64,000 nt of DNA from an uncultured Cellvibrionaceae bacterium (GTDB taxonomy: Bacteria; Pseudomonadota; Gammaproteobacteria; Pseudomonadales; Cellvibrionaceae). Within the stretch, counting starts at the first letter, position 1. Each line of letters begins with the position of its first letter. Under the pieces are notes generated by a model, which searched no databases, was not told where the DNA came from, and worked only from the letters and a program-made list of their open reading frames with translations. Below are positions 28,819 to 39,630 of this stretch, piece by piece. The position numbers and the translations under genes are program-made. The stretch is from NCBI GenBank assembly GCA_964448175.1, contig CAYUVQ010000002.1, forward strand, positions 80,111 to 144,110. Reading direction: 5' to 3'.

Positions 28819-29607
28819 TTATGCGAAACGCGAAAAATCCGGCGCACGTTTTTCAAAAAAAGCCATCACGGCTTCTTTGCATTCATCCGACCCTAACCCT
28901 TCAGCAAAACCGATAAATTCCGCTGCGATGGCGGCATCAACCGCAGGAAGTTGAGCTTGTTTTAGCAACGCTTTGGTGCGGCGCACGGCGGCTGGCGGCT
29001 TTTGGGCGAGGCGCTGGGCTTTTGCGCTGACCAGCTCCTCCAGCCCTGCATCATCCACCACGGCCGTGATCATATTCCATTGGAATGCCTGCTCCGCCGT
29101 GAATGGTTCGCCCAGCAGCAACAGCTCACTGGCTCTGGCGTGACCAAGCAGAGCGGGTAATAAATAACTGGCCGCGTATTCAGGACATAACCCGAGGTTA
29201 ACGAAAGGTAACTGCAGGCGAGCGGTGTCGGAGGCGTAGACCAAATCGCAGTGCAGCAGCATGGTAGTGCCGATACCAATTGCCGGCCCGCGCACGGCCG
29301 CCATCACCGGCTTAGCAATATGTTGCAGGGATCGCATAAAGCGCACGACGGGGTGATTTTCGTGGATCTCCGGTTCGTTCATGAAATCCACCAGATCATT
29401 ACCACTGGTGAAGCATTCCCCAGCGCCGGTGATGACAATCACCCGCACATCCTCGTGGTTATCGGCCTGCTGCAAGGCATCGGCCGCTGCCGTGTACATT
29501 GCCAGCGACAGTGCATTTTTGCGTTCGGGCCGGTTAAACCGCAGCGTCAATACCCGCTCATGCAGGTTAACGTCCAGTTGGGGGCAGTCGCTGGTAATAC
29601 TGGTCAT
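28819..29607 (-). CDS. Enoyl-CoA hydratase/isomerase
   Basis: NRPERKNAL, FTSGNDL, AIGIGTT, PFVNLGLCPE. Confidence 0.92.
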   Translation of the reverse strand: MTSITSDCPQLDVNLHERVLTLRFNRPERKNALSLAMYTAAADALQQADNHEDVRVIVITGAGECFTSGNDLVDFMNEPEIHENHPVVRFMRSLQHIAKPVMAAVRGPAIGIGTTMLLHCDLVYASDTARLQLPFVNLGLCPEYAASYLLPALLGHARASELLLLGEPFTAEQAFQWNMITAVVDDAGLEELVSAKAQRLAQKPPAAVRRTKALLKQAQLPAVDAAIAAEFIGFAEGLGSDECKEAVMAFFEKRAPDFSRFA

Positions 29608-29760
29608 ATAAAACTCCCTGAACATTATGATGAATAGCCGTGAGTATAGTCAGCCGTGCCGCGGCTTTCTGCGACGCAGCCACAAAACGGATAGATGACA
29701 CCCTCCAAGCGCCACAGGTACAATCCCGCCTTATTTTCTTTTGCTGACATCCAGGATGCT

Positions 29761-31500
29761 ATGAATATCCGCGAATTATTGAATCAAAAAGTCCACCAGG
29801 CCATGGTTGCCTGTGGTATTCCCGCTGAACTCCCCGCTGTGATCGCGCCCGGCAAGAAGGCCGGTTTTGGTGATTATCAGGCTAACGGTGCCATGGGCGC
29901 CGCCAAAGCCATGGGTACCAATCCCCGCGAACTGGCCGCGCGTATCGTGGCGGCCCTGGATCTTGATGACATCGCCGCCAAGGTAGAGATTGCCGGCCCG
30001 GGATTCATCAACATTGATCTCAAGCCGGAATGGCTCGCGCAACAGCTCGGCCACGCTGAAGTCGATCCACGGCTGAAAGTGGCACCGACTGATCAGCCGC
30101 AAACGGTGGTCATCGATTATTCCGGCCCGAATCTCGCTAAAGAAATGCATGTCGGACACCTGCGCTCCACCATCATCGGTGACGCCCTTGCGCGGCTGCT
30201 GGAATTTCAGGGCCACAATGTCATCCGCCAGAATCACGTGGGCGACTGGGGCACACAGTTCGGGATGTTGATTGCGGAACTCGAGGAGCAGCTGGGCAGC
30301 AACCGCGAAGCCGGCATGGCCCTGAAAGACCTCGAAGTGTTTTATCAGCAGGCCAAAAAGCATTTTGACGAGGATGAAACCTTCGCCAGCAAAGCACGGG
30401 ATTACGTGGTACGTCTGCAGTCGGGTGATGCCGAGACCCTCAAACTCTGGCAGCAATTCAAAGAGGTGTCGCTGCATCACAGCACCGAGATTTATCAACA
30501 GCTGAATGTCACGCTCACCGACGGCGACGTACGCGGTGAAAGCTTTTACAACGCGGAGCTGGCTCCCCTGGTAAAAGCACTGCAAGAGCAAGGTCTGGCA
30601 GTGGAAAGTGACGGAGCCCAGGTGGTTTTTCTGTCCGAGCTGGCCGATAAAGATGGCAATCCCTCACCGGTCATTATTCAGAAACAGGGCGGTGGCTTTC
30701 TCTACTCCACCACCGATCTGGCGGCGCTGCGGTATCGCGCCAATACCTTGAATGCTAAACGAATCATGTATTTTATCGATGCGCGCCAGTCGCTTCATAT
30801 GCAGCAAGTATTTACTATCGCGCGCAAAGCCGGTTTTGTTGGTGATGATGTTAGCCTGGAGCACCTCGCATTCGGCACCATGATGGGCTCAGACGGTAAG
30901 CCCTTTAAAACCCGCACCGGTGGCACTGTCAAACTGGCAGAACTATTAACGGAAGCTGTTGAGCGCGCTGCAATACTTGTAAAAGAAAAAAATCCCACGC
31001 TGGCTGATGAAGAGATTGCCGTGATTGCCCGCAAGGTCGGTATCGGTGCGGTGAAATATGCGGACCTGAGCAAGACACGCACTAATGATTACATTTTTAA
31101 CTGGGACGCCATGCTCAGTTTTGATGGCAACACTGCGCCATACTTGCAATACGCTTATACCCGTGTACAAAGTATTTTTCGTAAAGCCGAGGTCAGCCCA
31201 GGCGCGCTGAGCGGTGACATCATCGTCGGAACTGAACAGGAAAAAATGCTCGGCATCAAGCTGCTGCAATTCAGTGAAGTACTGGATCAGGTCGCGCGGG
31301 AGGCCATGCCGCATCTGCTGTGCAGTTATCTGTATGACATCGCCAGTCTGTACATGAGCTTTTATGAAGCCTGTCCGATTTTAAAAGAAGGCGTTGCGGT
31401 GGATGTGCGTAACAGCCGTCTGCGCCTGTGCCATCTGGTTGCTCAAACTATTGAGAGAGGTTTGGGTCTGCTGGGCATTGAAGTAATGGAGAAAATGTAA
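29761..31500 (+). CDS. argS: Arginine--tRNA ligase
   Basis: [38 protein letters not shown]. Confidence 0.98.
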   Translation: MNIRELLNQKVHQAMVACGIPAELPAVIAPGKKAGFGDYQANGAMGAAKAMGTNPRELAARIVAALDLDDIAAKVEIAGPGFINIDLKPEWLAQQLGHAEVDPRLKVAPTDQPQTVVIDYSGPNLAKEMHVGHLRSTIIGDALARLLEFQGHNVIRQNHVGDWGTQFGMLIAELEEQLGSNREAGMALKDLEVFYQQAKKHFDEDETFASKARDYVVRLQSGDAETLKLWQQFKEVSLHHSTEIYQQLNVTLTDGDVRGESFYNAELAPLVKALQEQGLAVESDGAQVVFLSELADKDGNPSPVIIQKQGGGFLYSTTDLAALRYRANTLNAKRIMYFIDARQSLHMQQVFTIARKAGFVGDDVSLEHLAFGTMMGSDGKPFKTRTGGTVKLAELLTEAVERAAILVKEKNPTLADEEIAVIARKVGIGAVKYADLSKTRTNDYIFNWDAMLSFDGNTAPYLQYAYTRVQSIFRKAEVSPGALSGDIIVGTEQEKMLGIKLLQFSEVLDQVAREAMPHLLCSYLYDIASLYMSFYEACPILKEGVAVDVRNSRLRLCHLVAQTIERGLGLLGIEVMEKM

Positions 31501-31609
31501 GCTTTTATCGCAATACGCAATACACAAAAAAGATGAGAGAAACTGGAGCAAGCTATAACAATAAATTCCTTGCTCCAAAGAAAATCAACCAACCTGAGAG
31601 TACGCAACC

Positions 31610-32527
31610 ATGAAAATAATAATTGGTGTACTGGCTCTGGCGCTGGCTGCTTTGGGCCTGCGCCATGTCGATTTATATCTGGATAACAGCGCACTGAAAG
31701 ACGAGCTGTCCCGTCAGCAACAGCTGCACGCTCAGCAACTGGAAGAACAGAAGCAGGACTACGTCAGGCAGATTGAAAATCTCGAACAGTTTTTGGTATT
31801 TAATCACGCCAACAATACCTCCCCGCAGAGCGGCCAGCTGAGTCGCAGCACGCCCGCAACAACGGTGGATGGCAGCACCAGTTTGCAATCCTTCGCCGAG
31901 ATCCGCGACTCAAGCCTGACCCGCGCCGTCGATCAGAAATATTCCATCATCTTCCCTGGCCTCTCGCTGCCTCATCAGGATGAAGAAAAACTGCGTCAAT
32001 TGCTGATCGACCGCGAACGGGTATTGGGCACCAGCACGGTGGGCTATCACTCAAGCCAGAAAGAAATTGAAGAAAGCATTCGACAACAACAGGAATTACT
32101 CGCCGAAATTGACGGGCGCATCGCTGATTTGCTCGGGCCGGAATACGCACAACAATACGATTTGCTGAAGGACTCCAGTTACGAACAACATCAGATGAAC
32201 AGTTTCTATGAGCAGTTGGGCAGCCAAGGCAGTCTGAGCAACGACAATCAACGGGCGTTGTTGATGACCAAGCTCGAACACAAGCAGAATTTCAACCGAC
32301 AACTGCAGGACGCCACAGCTAATCTCAACAATGCGTCGCTTGAAGAGCGTAATAATGCAGAAAGAAAAATGCAGGAAGCGCTGAATCAGTACAAAGAAAA
32401 TTATTTGCGCGAGGCACGCTCACTGCTGACCGAAGAACAGTTCAACGTCCTCAGTGAATATGAGCAGATGCAGTTTGAAGAAATGTGGAGCAGTCTGGAA
32501 GCAGGCTGGCGGGCGCAAGCGAACTAG
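31610..32527 (+). CDS. Exported or membrane-anchored all-helical hypothetical protein
   Basis: N-terminal hydrophobic segment, Gln/Glu-rich coiled coils, LLTEEQ motif. Confidence 0.75.
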   Translation: MKIIIGVLALALAALGLRHVDLYLDNSALKDELSRQQQLHAQQLEEQKQDYVRQIENLEQFLVFNHANNTSPQSGQLSRSTPATTVDGSTSLQSFAEIRDSSLTRAVDQKYSIIFPGLSLPHQDEEKLRQLLIDRERVLGTSTVGYHSSQKEIEESIRQQQELLAEIDGRIADLLGPEYAQQYDLLKDSSYEQHQMNSFYEQLGSQGSLSNDNQRALLMTKLEHKQNFNRQLQDATANLNNASLEERNNAERKMQEALNQYKENYLREARSLLTEEQFNVLSEYEQMQFEEMWSSLEAGWRAQAN

Positions 32528-32550
32528 CTTGCGCCCGGACAAATTAAAAA

Positions 32551-32871
32551 TTAGCGCGTCAGCAACGCGTCAATACGCCGCAGATGATCAACCAGCGTGC
32601 CGCTGTTCAATCCCAGCGGCTGAAAATACTCTTCCGCCATAGGTGCAACACCGCAATTATCTGGCAAGGTCGCACGCGCCTCAATTAATACGTACAGGCG
32701 CGGGATAAAGATAAACTGCAACCATTGGGAAAAACTCAATGTATCGACTGCAAAGGGTTGCACACTGGCCAACGCTTCGGCAGACGGTGGTTCAACTTCC
32801 CACAGACGCAGCTCACGCAATTCCTTTTCAACATCAATAAGAATTTCCGCCAGTGCAATGTGTTGACTCAT
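32551..32871 (-). CDS. yqcC: YqcC family protein (DUF446)
   Basis: PSAEALASVQPFAVDTLSFSQWLQFIFIPR, VAPMAEEYF. Confidence 0.88.
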   Translation of the reverse strand: MSQHIALAEILIDVEKELRELRLWEVEPPSAEALASVQPFAVDTLSFSQWLQFIFIPRLYVLIEARATLPDNCGVAPMAEEYFQPLGLNSGTLVDHLRRIDALLTR

Positions 32872-32903
32872 AGTTATTTCCTGTTGTTGGGAACATCGAA
32901 AAA

Positions 32904-35030
32904 TTAACGATGAACTACCTGCGTAAAAGGCGGCAAAGAATTCAAGATCGCTTTGCCATAACGTTTGGTAATGATGCGGCGGTCGAGCAAGGTAATCTTG
33001 CCGGTGTCGGTTTCCGAGCGCAGCAAGCGGCCACAGGCCTGCACCAGTTTTAACGAAGCGTCGGGTACGGTGATTTCCATAAACGGATTGCCGCCGCGCG
33101 CTTCTACCCACTCCGACAGTGATGCTTCGATGGGGTCATCGGGCACCGCGAAAGGCAGTTTGGCGATGATCACATGGCGACAGTAATCACCGGGTAAATC
33201 CACACCTTCTGCAAAACTGGCAAGGCCGAATAACACGCTGCCCTCCCCCGCATCGACGCGCTTGCGATGCTGCACCAGCATCTCCTGTTTGGAGCTGTCG
33301 CCCTGCAGCAGGATACTGTCGCGCACGTCTTGCGGCAGCGCTTCATAAACATCGAGCATCTGACGACGGGAGGAAAATAACACCAGACTCGCTTCCTCTT
33401 TGTTGAGCAAATCCGGTAAATGTTCAATTAACGAAAGGGTATGTACATCTGCATTGCTGGCATCTACTGCACACGCAGGAATTTCCAGAGTCGCGCGGGA
33501 AAAATCGAAAGGGCTGGGCACTACCTGATAATTGCTGTCCGCCGGCGTGCCCGCACGCATGCGATAGCGATCAAAGCGCCCCAACGCAGTAATGGTCGCT
33601 GAGGTGACCACCGCACCACAGCACTTTTCCCATAAACCGTATTCCAGCGTGCGCGCCGCCAGGATGGGGCTGGAGCAGACTTCAATATCCATGCTGCCGG
33701 TGTGATCCACCGGCGTCAGCCAGCGCGCCTTGGGTACGCTGTTCGCATTGTCCGGTGCCGCATAACTGGCCCAGAGTTCACGATTGGCTTCCGCTCGCGC
33801 CTGCCAGGTTCCTACGACGGGAAAATGATTTTCCAGATCGACCTTCGGCACCGGGCAATGCGGATCTTCCATCGCATCGCTGAGCTCTTCGCTCATCTTC
33901 GACAGCAACTCCGCCAAGCGACTAAAACTGCGCTGCAGTTCCACAGCGGGAAGCAACAAATCCTGCGGAATCACTCCACCGGGAAAACGAAAGTGGGACT
34001 GGCGATCATCAAAAGCAATACTTTGCGCAAGTACCTCCAGCTGGGGATAAATTCGATCCAGCTCCTGCTTACAATCCATCAGTGCCGCCGGCAATTGTTC
34101 GGCATAACGATCGACGTTGCCCGCTCCGCTGATATTACCGAGCATCGCCCCCAGCGCTTTATTGCATTGGTCGAGCCACTTGCTGGTGGACTGCACGCGA
34201 CTGTGATGGGAAAAATGCGAGAGTGCTTTTTGGGGCAAATGATGGCCTTCGTCAAACACATAAATTGTATCGGCGGGATCAGGCAGAACCGCACCACCAC
34301 CGAGCGCCAGATCAGCGAGCACCAGATCATGGTTCGTCACAATACAATCAACGTTGTGTAACGAATCCCGTGCGCGAAAAAAACTGCAGGAAGAGACATT
34401 GGAACAACGCCGGCCCGTGCATTGGCGATGGTCGGTGGTAATGACCTGCCACTCGTTCTGTTCAAGCGCCTGCGGCCAGGTATCGCGCTCGCCGTTCCAG
34501 CGATTGCCGGCCAGCGCATCCATCATGGACTGATAGAGCTTAATCCCCTGAGCATTAATACTGGGGTATTCATCTTCGTATAAAGCACGGGTGGGATTCA
34601 TCCCGCTTTCATATTCGGCGAGCAGATTATCGAGCTTGCTCAAACACAGATAACGGCCACGCCCTTTGGCCAGCGCAAAGCTGAACGATAAACCGCTGTG
34701 ACGCAGCAGCTCGGGCAGGTCTTTGTTAACAATTTGTTCCTGCAAGGCAACGGTTGCGGTGGAGACAACCAGTTTTTTTCCCATGGCCTTGGCAATGGCA
34801 ATGGCGGGCAACAGATAAGCCACCGTTTTTCCGGTACCCGTGCCCGCTTCCACCACGCATACGTGGCCGGAGGTGGTGCGACGATTTTCATCGTCCAGCG
34901 CAATGCCACCCAGAGTCCGGGCAATTTCCGCGATCATCAGCTTCTGGCCGTAACGCGACTTCATGCCTTTGCTCTCAAGAAACTGGCTGTACGCGCGCTG
35001 AATCTGTTGCTTGAGTTGATCGGTTAACAT
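32904..35030 (-). CDS. dinG: ATP-dependent DNA helicase DinG
   Basis: EAGTGTGKT, Fe-S cysteines, DEGHH, FAEGVDLPG, QACGRLLR. Confidence 0.95.
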   Translation of the reverse strand: MLTDQLKQQIQRAYSQFLESKGMKSRYGQKLMIAEIARTLGGIALDDENRRTTSGHVCVVEAGTGTGKTVAYLLPAIAIAKAMGKKLVVSTATVALQEQIVNKDLPELLRHSGLSFSFALAKGRGRYLCLSKLDNLLAEYESGMNPTRALYEDEYPSINAQGIKLYQSMMDALAGNRWNGERDTWPQALEQNEWQVITTDHRQCTGRRCSNVSSCSFFRARDSLHNVDCIVTNHDLVLADLALGGGAVLPDPADTIYVFDEGHHLPQKALSHFSHHSRVQSTSKWLDQCNKALGAMLGNISGAGNVDRYAEQLPAALMDCKQELDRIYPQLEVLAQSIAFDDRQSHFRFPGGVIPQDLLLPAVELQRSFSRLAELLSKMSEELSDAMEDPHCPVPKVDLENHFPVVGTWQARAEANRELWASYAAPDNANSVPKARWLTPVDHTGSMDIEVCSSPILAARTLEYGLWEKCCGAVVTSATITALGRFDRYRMRAGTPADSNYQVVPSPFDFSRATLEIPACAVDASNADVHTLSLIEHLPDLLNKEEASLVLFSSRRQMLDVYEALPQDVRDSILLQGDSSKQEMLVQHRKRVDAGEGSVLFGLASFAEGVDLPGDYCRHVIIAKLPFAVPDDPIEASLSEWVEARGGNPFMEITVPDASLKLVQACGRLLRSETDTGKITLLDRRIITKRYGKAILNSLPPFTQVVHR

Positions 35031-35040
35031 GGATACGGCC

Positions 35041-35078
35041 AAAAACAAAAATAATAAAACCGCCATCGTGGATGGCGG
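35041..35078 (-). terminator. Terminator-like hairpin between acyltransferase and dinG
   Basis: CCGCCATC/GATGGCGG stem with T-rich tail on the minus strand. Confidence 0.65.
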
Positions 35079-35087
35079 GCGAAAAAA

Positions 35088-36239
35088 TTAATCCTGCAAT
35101 TTACTCAACACTGGATTCGCGTACATCGCCAGCACCAGTTCACGGTACTCCGGCGGGATAGCCTGAAGCCGCGCTTCAAACTGCTGACGCTGCTCCGCGA
35201 GTTCTTCCGGCACAAAGGGAATGTTTTTATCCGTGTAATTTACCTTGGGTGTTTTACCGTGCAGCATCTGATAGGCGAAACAGTTACTGCTGTGCAGGAC
35301 ATAATTGCTGAGCACCTGACGGTCAATTTCCGCCACCACTTCATCCGTGTCCGCGTAATCTGCATGCAGCACCTCACCGAAGGCGAGGTGCACGTGACCT
35401 TTCTGCCCCGCAATACCCATGGCAATGCTTTTTACATCTTCGTGCAGTTCTTTTTGATAACTGCCACTGGTGCGCTGGTGATAAAGCTCGCGCGCTTTCG
35501 CCGCATCACAAGGATCAAATTCGTAGGAAATAGACACGGGAACAATATTTAATTGTTTAACGTAGTCGCTGAATTCCTGCATCTTCGGACGATTGATCGT
35601 CAACATCCCGATCACGGCCGAATTGGTTTTATCGTGACCGTCTTTCGCACGACCTTCGCGCTGCGCGATCCAGATATTACTGTTTTCATTCACGATGGAA
35701 TGATGGATATACGCCGACAAATGTTTGGCCGCTTTTAATTTTTCACGCGGCGCCTTGGCGGAACGATTCACAATAAAACTTTTGTTCAGCCGCATGAGAT
35801 CCGATACGTAAGGCTTGGTCAGCAGATTATCACCAATAGCGATGCGCAAAGTGTTGCAGTCGGAATGATACAGCGACCAGTTAACAAAGGCCGGGTCCAT
35901 GGCGATGTCGCGGTGATTACTGATAAACAGATAAGCCTGCTGTGGATTCAATCGCTCAAGACCCGATACCGTCAATGCGGTGGTGGTGCTGCGGATCATA
36001 CGTGCCATGTACTTTTCCACCACGTCCTGAAAACCACTCACCGAATTTACACCGGCGAGCTGTTTAACCAGCGCACGCTTCACCAAGGGGCGCAATAACC
36101 CGCCGACCCAAGGGTTCAGGCGGGGAAATTTGAGCCGGGTCACCGCGTCTACTAATTCCGGATCGGCAAGAAGGCGGTCTAACGTCGGGCGAACTTCGTC
36201 GTCGTGGTACGGGCGGATATCGTCAAATTCTGTGGTCAT
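35088..36239 (-). CDS. Glycerolipid acyltransferase (PlsC superfamily)
   Basis: NHRDIAMD, IAIGDNL, WIAQREGRAKDG. Confidence 0.88.
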   Translation of the reverse strand: MTTEFDDIRPYHDDEVRPTLDRLLADPELVDAVTRLKFPRLNPWVGGLLRPLVKRALVKQLAGVNSVSGFQDVVEKYMARMIRSTTTALTVSGLERLNPQQAYLFISNHRDIAMDPAFVNWSLYHSDCNTLRIAIGDNLLTKPYVSDLMRLNKSFIVNRSAKAPREKLKAAKHLSAYIHHSIVNENSNIWIAQREGRAKDGHDKTNSAVIGMLTINRPKMQEFSDYVKQLNIVPVSISYEFDPCDAAKARELYHQRTSGSYQKELHEDVKSIAMGIAGQKGHVHLAFGEVLHADYADTDEVVAEIDRQVLSNYVLHSSNCFAYQMLHGKTPKVNYTDKNIPFVPEELAEQRQQFEARLQAIPPEYRELVLAMYANPVLSKLQD

Positions 36240-36354
36240 GAAGAGCAGTCACTTAAATAACAGGCATGGGAAATTTTACAGCGCCACAAATCCGTGGCTT
36301 TATGAAGAGTCTTGGACAAAAATAGCCGCACAACATACCGAAAAGAGGTGGAAA

Positions 36355-36789
36355 ATGCCACTGGCTAATGATCCGATTCCCGTCGCCGCGCAGGCCTTGC
36401 CCTGCCCCTGTGGCAGCGGTTCAACCTTGCGTGGCTGCTGCTTGCCCAGACTGACGGGCGAAGCTCCGGCCCGGACCGCTGAGCAGCTGATGCGCTCCCG
36501 CTATACGGCCCATGTATTCCTGCAGATCGACTACCTGTGGCAAACCTGGAGCGCGGACCAGCGCCAGCGCAGCAGCCCGGCGCAGATTCGCGCCTGGGCC
36601 GCCAGCTGCGAATGGCTGGGCTTACACGTCCTGGCGACGCAGGCCGGTCAGGAAGGTGATAGCGAGGGACAGGTCAGTTTTGTTGCGCTTTATCAACACG
36701 ACGGCCAGTTGCACCAGCACCATGAGGCTTCATTGTTCCGGCAGGTAATGGGTCGCTGGTTCTATGTGGACCATCTTCCTGCTGAATAA
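36355..36789 (+). CDS. YchJ family SEC-C motif protein
   Basis: CPCGSG..CC, AEQLMRSRY, WFYVD. Confidence 0.9.
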   Translation: MPLANDPIPVAAQALPCPCGSGSTLRGCCLPRLTGEAPARTAEQLMRSRYTAHVFLQIDYLWQTWSADQRQRSSPAQIRAWAASCEWLGLHVLATQAGQEGDSEGQVSFVALYQHDGQLHQHHEASLFRQVMGRWFYVDHLPAE

Positions 36790-36999
36790 GTCGCCATAGT
36801 GGATGTGATCCAGCCTACGCTCTGACTATAAACTGACCTCACCACGGCCGGAATTATCGACTCCCCGGCCGCTGCCCTCTAAGATGAAGTCTCATCTGTA
36901 AAAATCCCCGTGGCGCAGAAAACCGTCTAGACTTACAACACATAAAAGACGGCCAGGTATCACCGTCCGGCATTTCTAATCGAGTATATAGCACTATTC

Positions 37000-38280
37000 A
37001 TGAAGATCCTGTTGGTGGAAGACAGCGCAACCCTGCGCCATGCGATGAGTCATTACATCACTGATGCGGGCCATACGCCGCTGATTGCCCGAAGTGGTGA
37101 GGAAGCTCTGCAACTGCTCGAAGATACGCCCGTGGACATGATCATCATGGACGTGGAGATGCCTGGCCTCAATGGTTTTGAAACCACCCGTCTGATCCGC
37201 GAGTGGCTCGGCGGCCACTGGATTCCCATCATCTTTGTCACGGGCCGCAATGAAGACGAAAGCTATCGCGAAGGTATCGAAGCTGGCGGAGACGATTACC
37301 TGATCAAGCCGGTGAGCTTCATGATCATCAAGGCCAAGATCCGCGCGATGGAGCGGATTGCTGAGATGCGCGATCAGTTAAACCGGCTCAATGCGGAGCT
37401 TGAAGCACTCAGCCAGTTGGACAGCCTGACCCAGATTTACAACCGCCGCACTTTTACCGAACACGCTGAACAGCAGTGGGTAGTGGCGACCCGTCAACAA
37501 CAACCCATCAGCGTGCTGATGATCGACGTCGACCACTTCAAGCTGTTCAACGATCACTATGGCCACCCCGCCGGCGATGTCTGCCTGAAAAAAATCACCC
37601 AGGCAATTAGAGGCTGCCTGCGTCGGCCGCTGGATTTACTGGGCCGCTACGGCGGTGAGGAATTTGTCGTACTCCTGCCCGATACCGATAGCGTGGGCGC
37701 GTTTCGTGTAGCCGGGGCGATCAACAAGGCTGTCGAAGCCCTGAATTTACATCATGAAGTCTCACCCACTTGCGCCTTTGCAACGGTGAGTATCGGCGGC
37801 GCGACCTGCACTCGCACGGCAGGCCACAGCTTGGAAGAGCTGATCAAGTGCGCCGACCGGGCACTCTATAAAGCCAAGCGCAGCGGCCGTAATCGGGCCT
37901 TGGTAGATGAGGTGGTCATCCATAAGACCGTATTGATTGTGGACAGCGAAGCAGATGATGTGCAGGCCGTCACCACCATGCTGCAGCAGCACTGCAACAT
38001 CCTGACCGCCGAGGCCCTTGATGAAGGGTTGGAGATTGCGTTTGACGTACGCCCTGATGTGATCCTGATTGATGCCGGTACCGCCGTGGAAGATGATCAT
38101 CGCTTCTGTCGGCACCTCGCCCGCAGCGACAAAACGTCTGTCATCCCCGTGGTGGTAATCGTTGAAGAAGACGCGCCGGACGGTCCGGTGCACCAACGCT
38201 TTCTGGGCATCCGTGAAGGCCTGCGCAAGCCGCTGACCGAGAAAAATCTTCTCGCCAAGATCCAGCAGTTGTTGTCCTAA
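37000..38280 (+). CDS. REC-GGDEF-pseudoREC diguanylate cyclase
   Basis: N-terminal receiver, RPLD I-site, GGEEF, degenerate C-terminal receiver. Confidence 0.92.
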   Translation: MKILLVEDSATLRHAMSHYITDAGHTPLIARSGEEALQLLEDTPVDMIIMDVEMPGLNGFETTRLIREWLGGHWIPIIFVTGRNEDESYREGIEAGGDDYLIKPVSFMIIKAKIRAMERIAEMRDQLNRLNAELEALSQLDSLTQIYNRRTFTEHAEQQWVVATRQQQPISVLMIDVDHFKLFNDHYGHPAGDVCLKKITQAIRGCLRRPLDLLGRYGGEEFVVLLPDTDSVGAFRVAGAINKAVEALNLHHEVSPTCAFATVSIGGATCTRTAGHSLEELIKCADRALYKAKRSGRNRALVDEVVIHKTVLIVDSEADDVQAVTTMLQQHCNILTAEALDEGLEIAFDVRPDVILIDAGTAVEDDHRFCRHLARSDKTSVIPVVVIVEEDAPDGPVHQRFLGIREGLRKPLTEKNLLAKIQQLLS

Positions 38281-38327
38281 CCCTTGTGCCAAGGTGAGCG
38301 GTAGGCTCACCTGGCCGTTTTCCTGTA

Positions 38328-39350
38328 TCAGCCCTGATTCGTCCGCAGGGAGTTATACCATTTCACATCCCGCGCGCTCTTATCCACCTGATCCACCACA
38401 TCGAGAACCAGCGCGAACAACGCCATGCGTACCAGCACACCATTGTCAGCCTGGCGGAAGATAGCGAGGTTGGGGTTTTGATTCAGATCGTTATCCAGCT
38501 CGTTAGCATCGGCGCGCGAATCGCGGGGCAAGGGATGCATGATGACGGTATTCGGTTCGCAGTACTGGGTATAAATGGACTGGTTGAGGCGGAAGCGACC
38601 ACGATACATATCGGCTTCTTCCTTACTGGAAAAACGCTCTTCCTGAATCCGGGTCGAATAGGCAATATCAACTTTGGAAATACTCTGTGGCAAGTCATCT
38701 GTCACCACCACGCTGTGCCCCACCCGGCGCAGGTCTTCCACCAGATATTCCGGCATTGCCAATTCCCGTGGCGACACCAGCGTCACCTGCACCTTATCGA
38801 ACAGGCACAACAACTTGCACAGGGAGTGAACGGTCCGGCCATGCTTCAGATCGCCAATCATGGCGATCCGTAAACCATCGAGTCCACGACCACGGGAGCG
38901 GAGCTCTTTGCGGATGGTGTAAAGGTCCAGCAGCGCCTGAGTAGGATGTTCGTTGGCGCCATCACCGCCATTGATAACCGGTACCCGGCTGGCCTGCGCG
39001 AATTCAGCAACCGACCCGGACTGGGGATGGCGCATACAGATCACATCACTGTAGCCCGACAATACCCGAGCCGTGTCATACAAGGATTCGCCTTTGGTGA
39101 TGGAGGAACTTTCAAATCCAGTGGTCTCACGCACATCCCCGCCCAACAGGTTAAACGCACAGCCAAAACTGATACGCGTTCGGGTACTGGCTTCAAAGAA
39201 CATGTTGCCGAGGATTGCGCCTTCCAATACCCGCGTCATCCGCCGCCGCAAAGCATAGGGTTCCATGGCGTCCGCCACGTCGAAAACTTGCTGGATATCA
39301 GCACGTTCAAATTGTTCGATAGAGAGAATATGGGCGCCGGTAAAGTTCAC
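38328..39350 (-). CDS. pyrB: Aspartate carbamoyltransferase
   Basis: EASTRT, HPTQALLD, TRIQEER, MHPLPR. Confidence 0.96.
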   Translation of the reverse strand: MNFTGAHILSIEQFERADIQQVFDVADAMEPYALRRRMTRVLEGAILGNMFFEASTRTRISFGCAFNLLGGDVRETTGFESSSITKGESLYDTARVLSGYSDVICMRHPQSGSVAEFAQASRVPVINGGDGANEHPTQALLDLYTIRKELRSRGRGLDGLRIAMIGDLKHGRTVHSLCKLLCLFDKVQVTLVSPRELAMPEYLVEDLRRVGHSVVVTDDLPQSISKVDIAYSTRIQEERFSSKEEADMYRGRFRLNQSIYTQYCEPNTVIMHPLPRDSRADANELDNDLNQNPNLAIFRQADNGVLVRMALFALVLDVVDQVDKSARDVKWYNSLRTNQG

Positions 39351-39630
39351 GGGTGTTCCTCAGCGATGATCCGCACAGCGGCGGTTGGGCGATTGAAGGG
39401 GTATTTGCACACAGCATAGTGACAACGCGGTAAATGCGGCTATTCTAACGGCACTCCTTCTATTGGGAAATTGTTTATCCCCCTGAGTTTGAAGATTTAG
39501 GACTTTACTGCTGTAATCAGACCAGATTCTGAGTGCTGCAGCGCCGCCGTTTTGTCAGCACATCGCGACACGACACCGGCACGTAATGCGGTTGCATCAT
39601 CAATAAAAATCGCCATCGATAGGACCCAAC

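Noticed and set aside
29748-29758. CATCCAGGATG palindrome over the argS SD
   Set aside because: Too short to distinguish from chance
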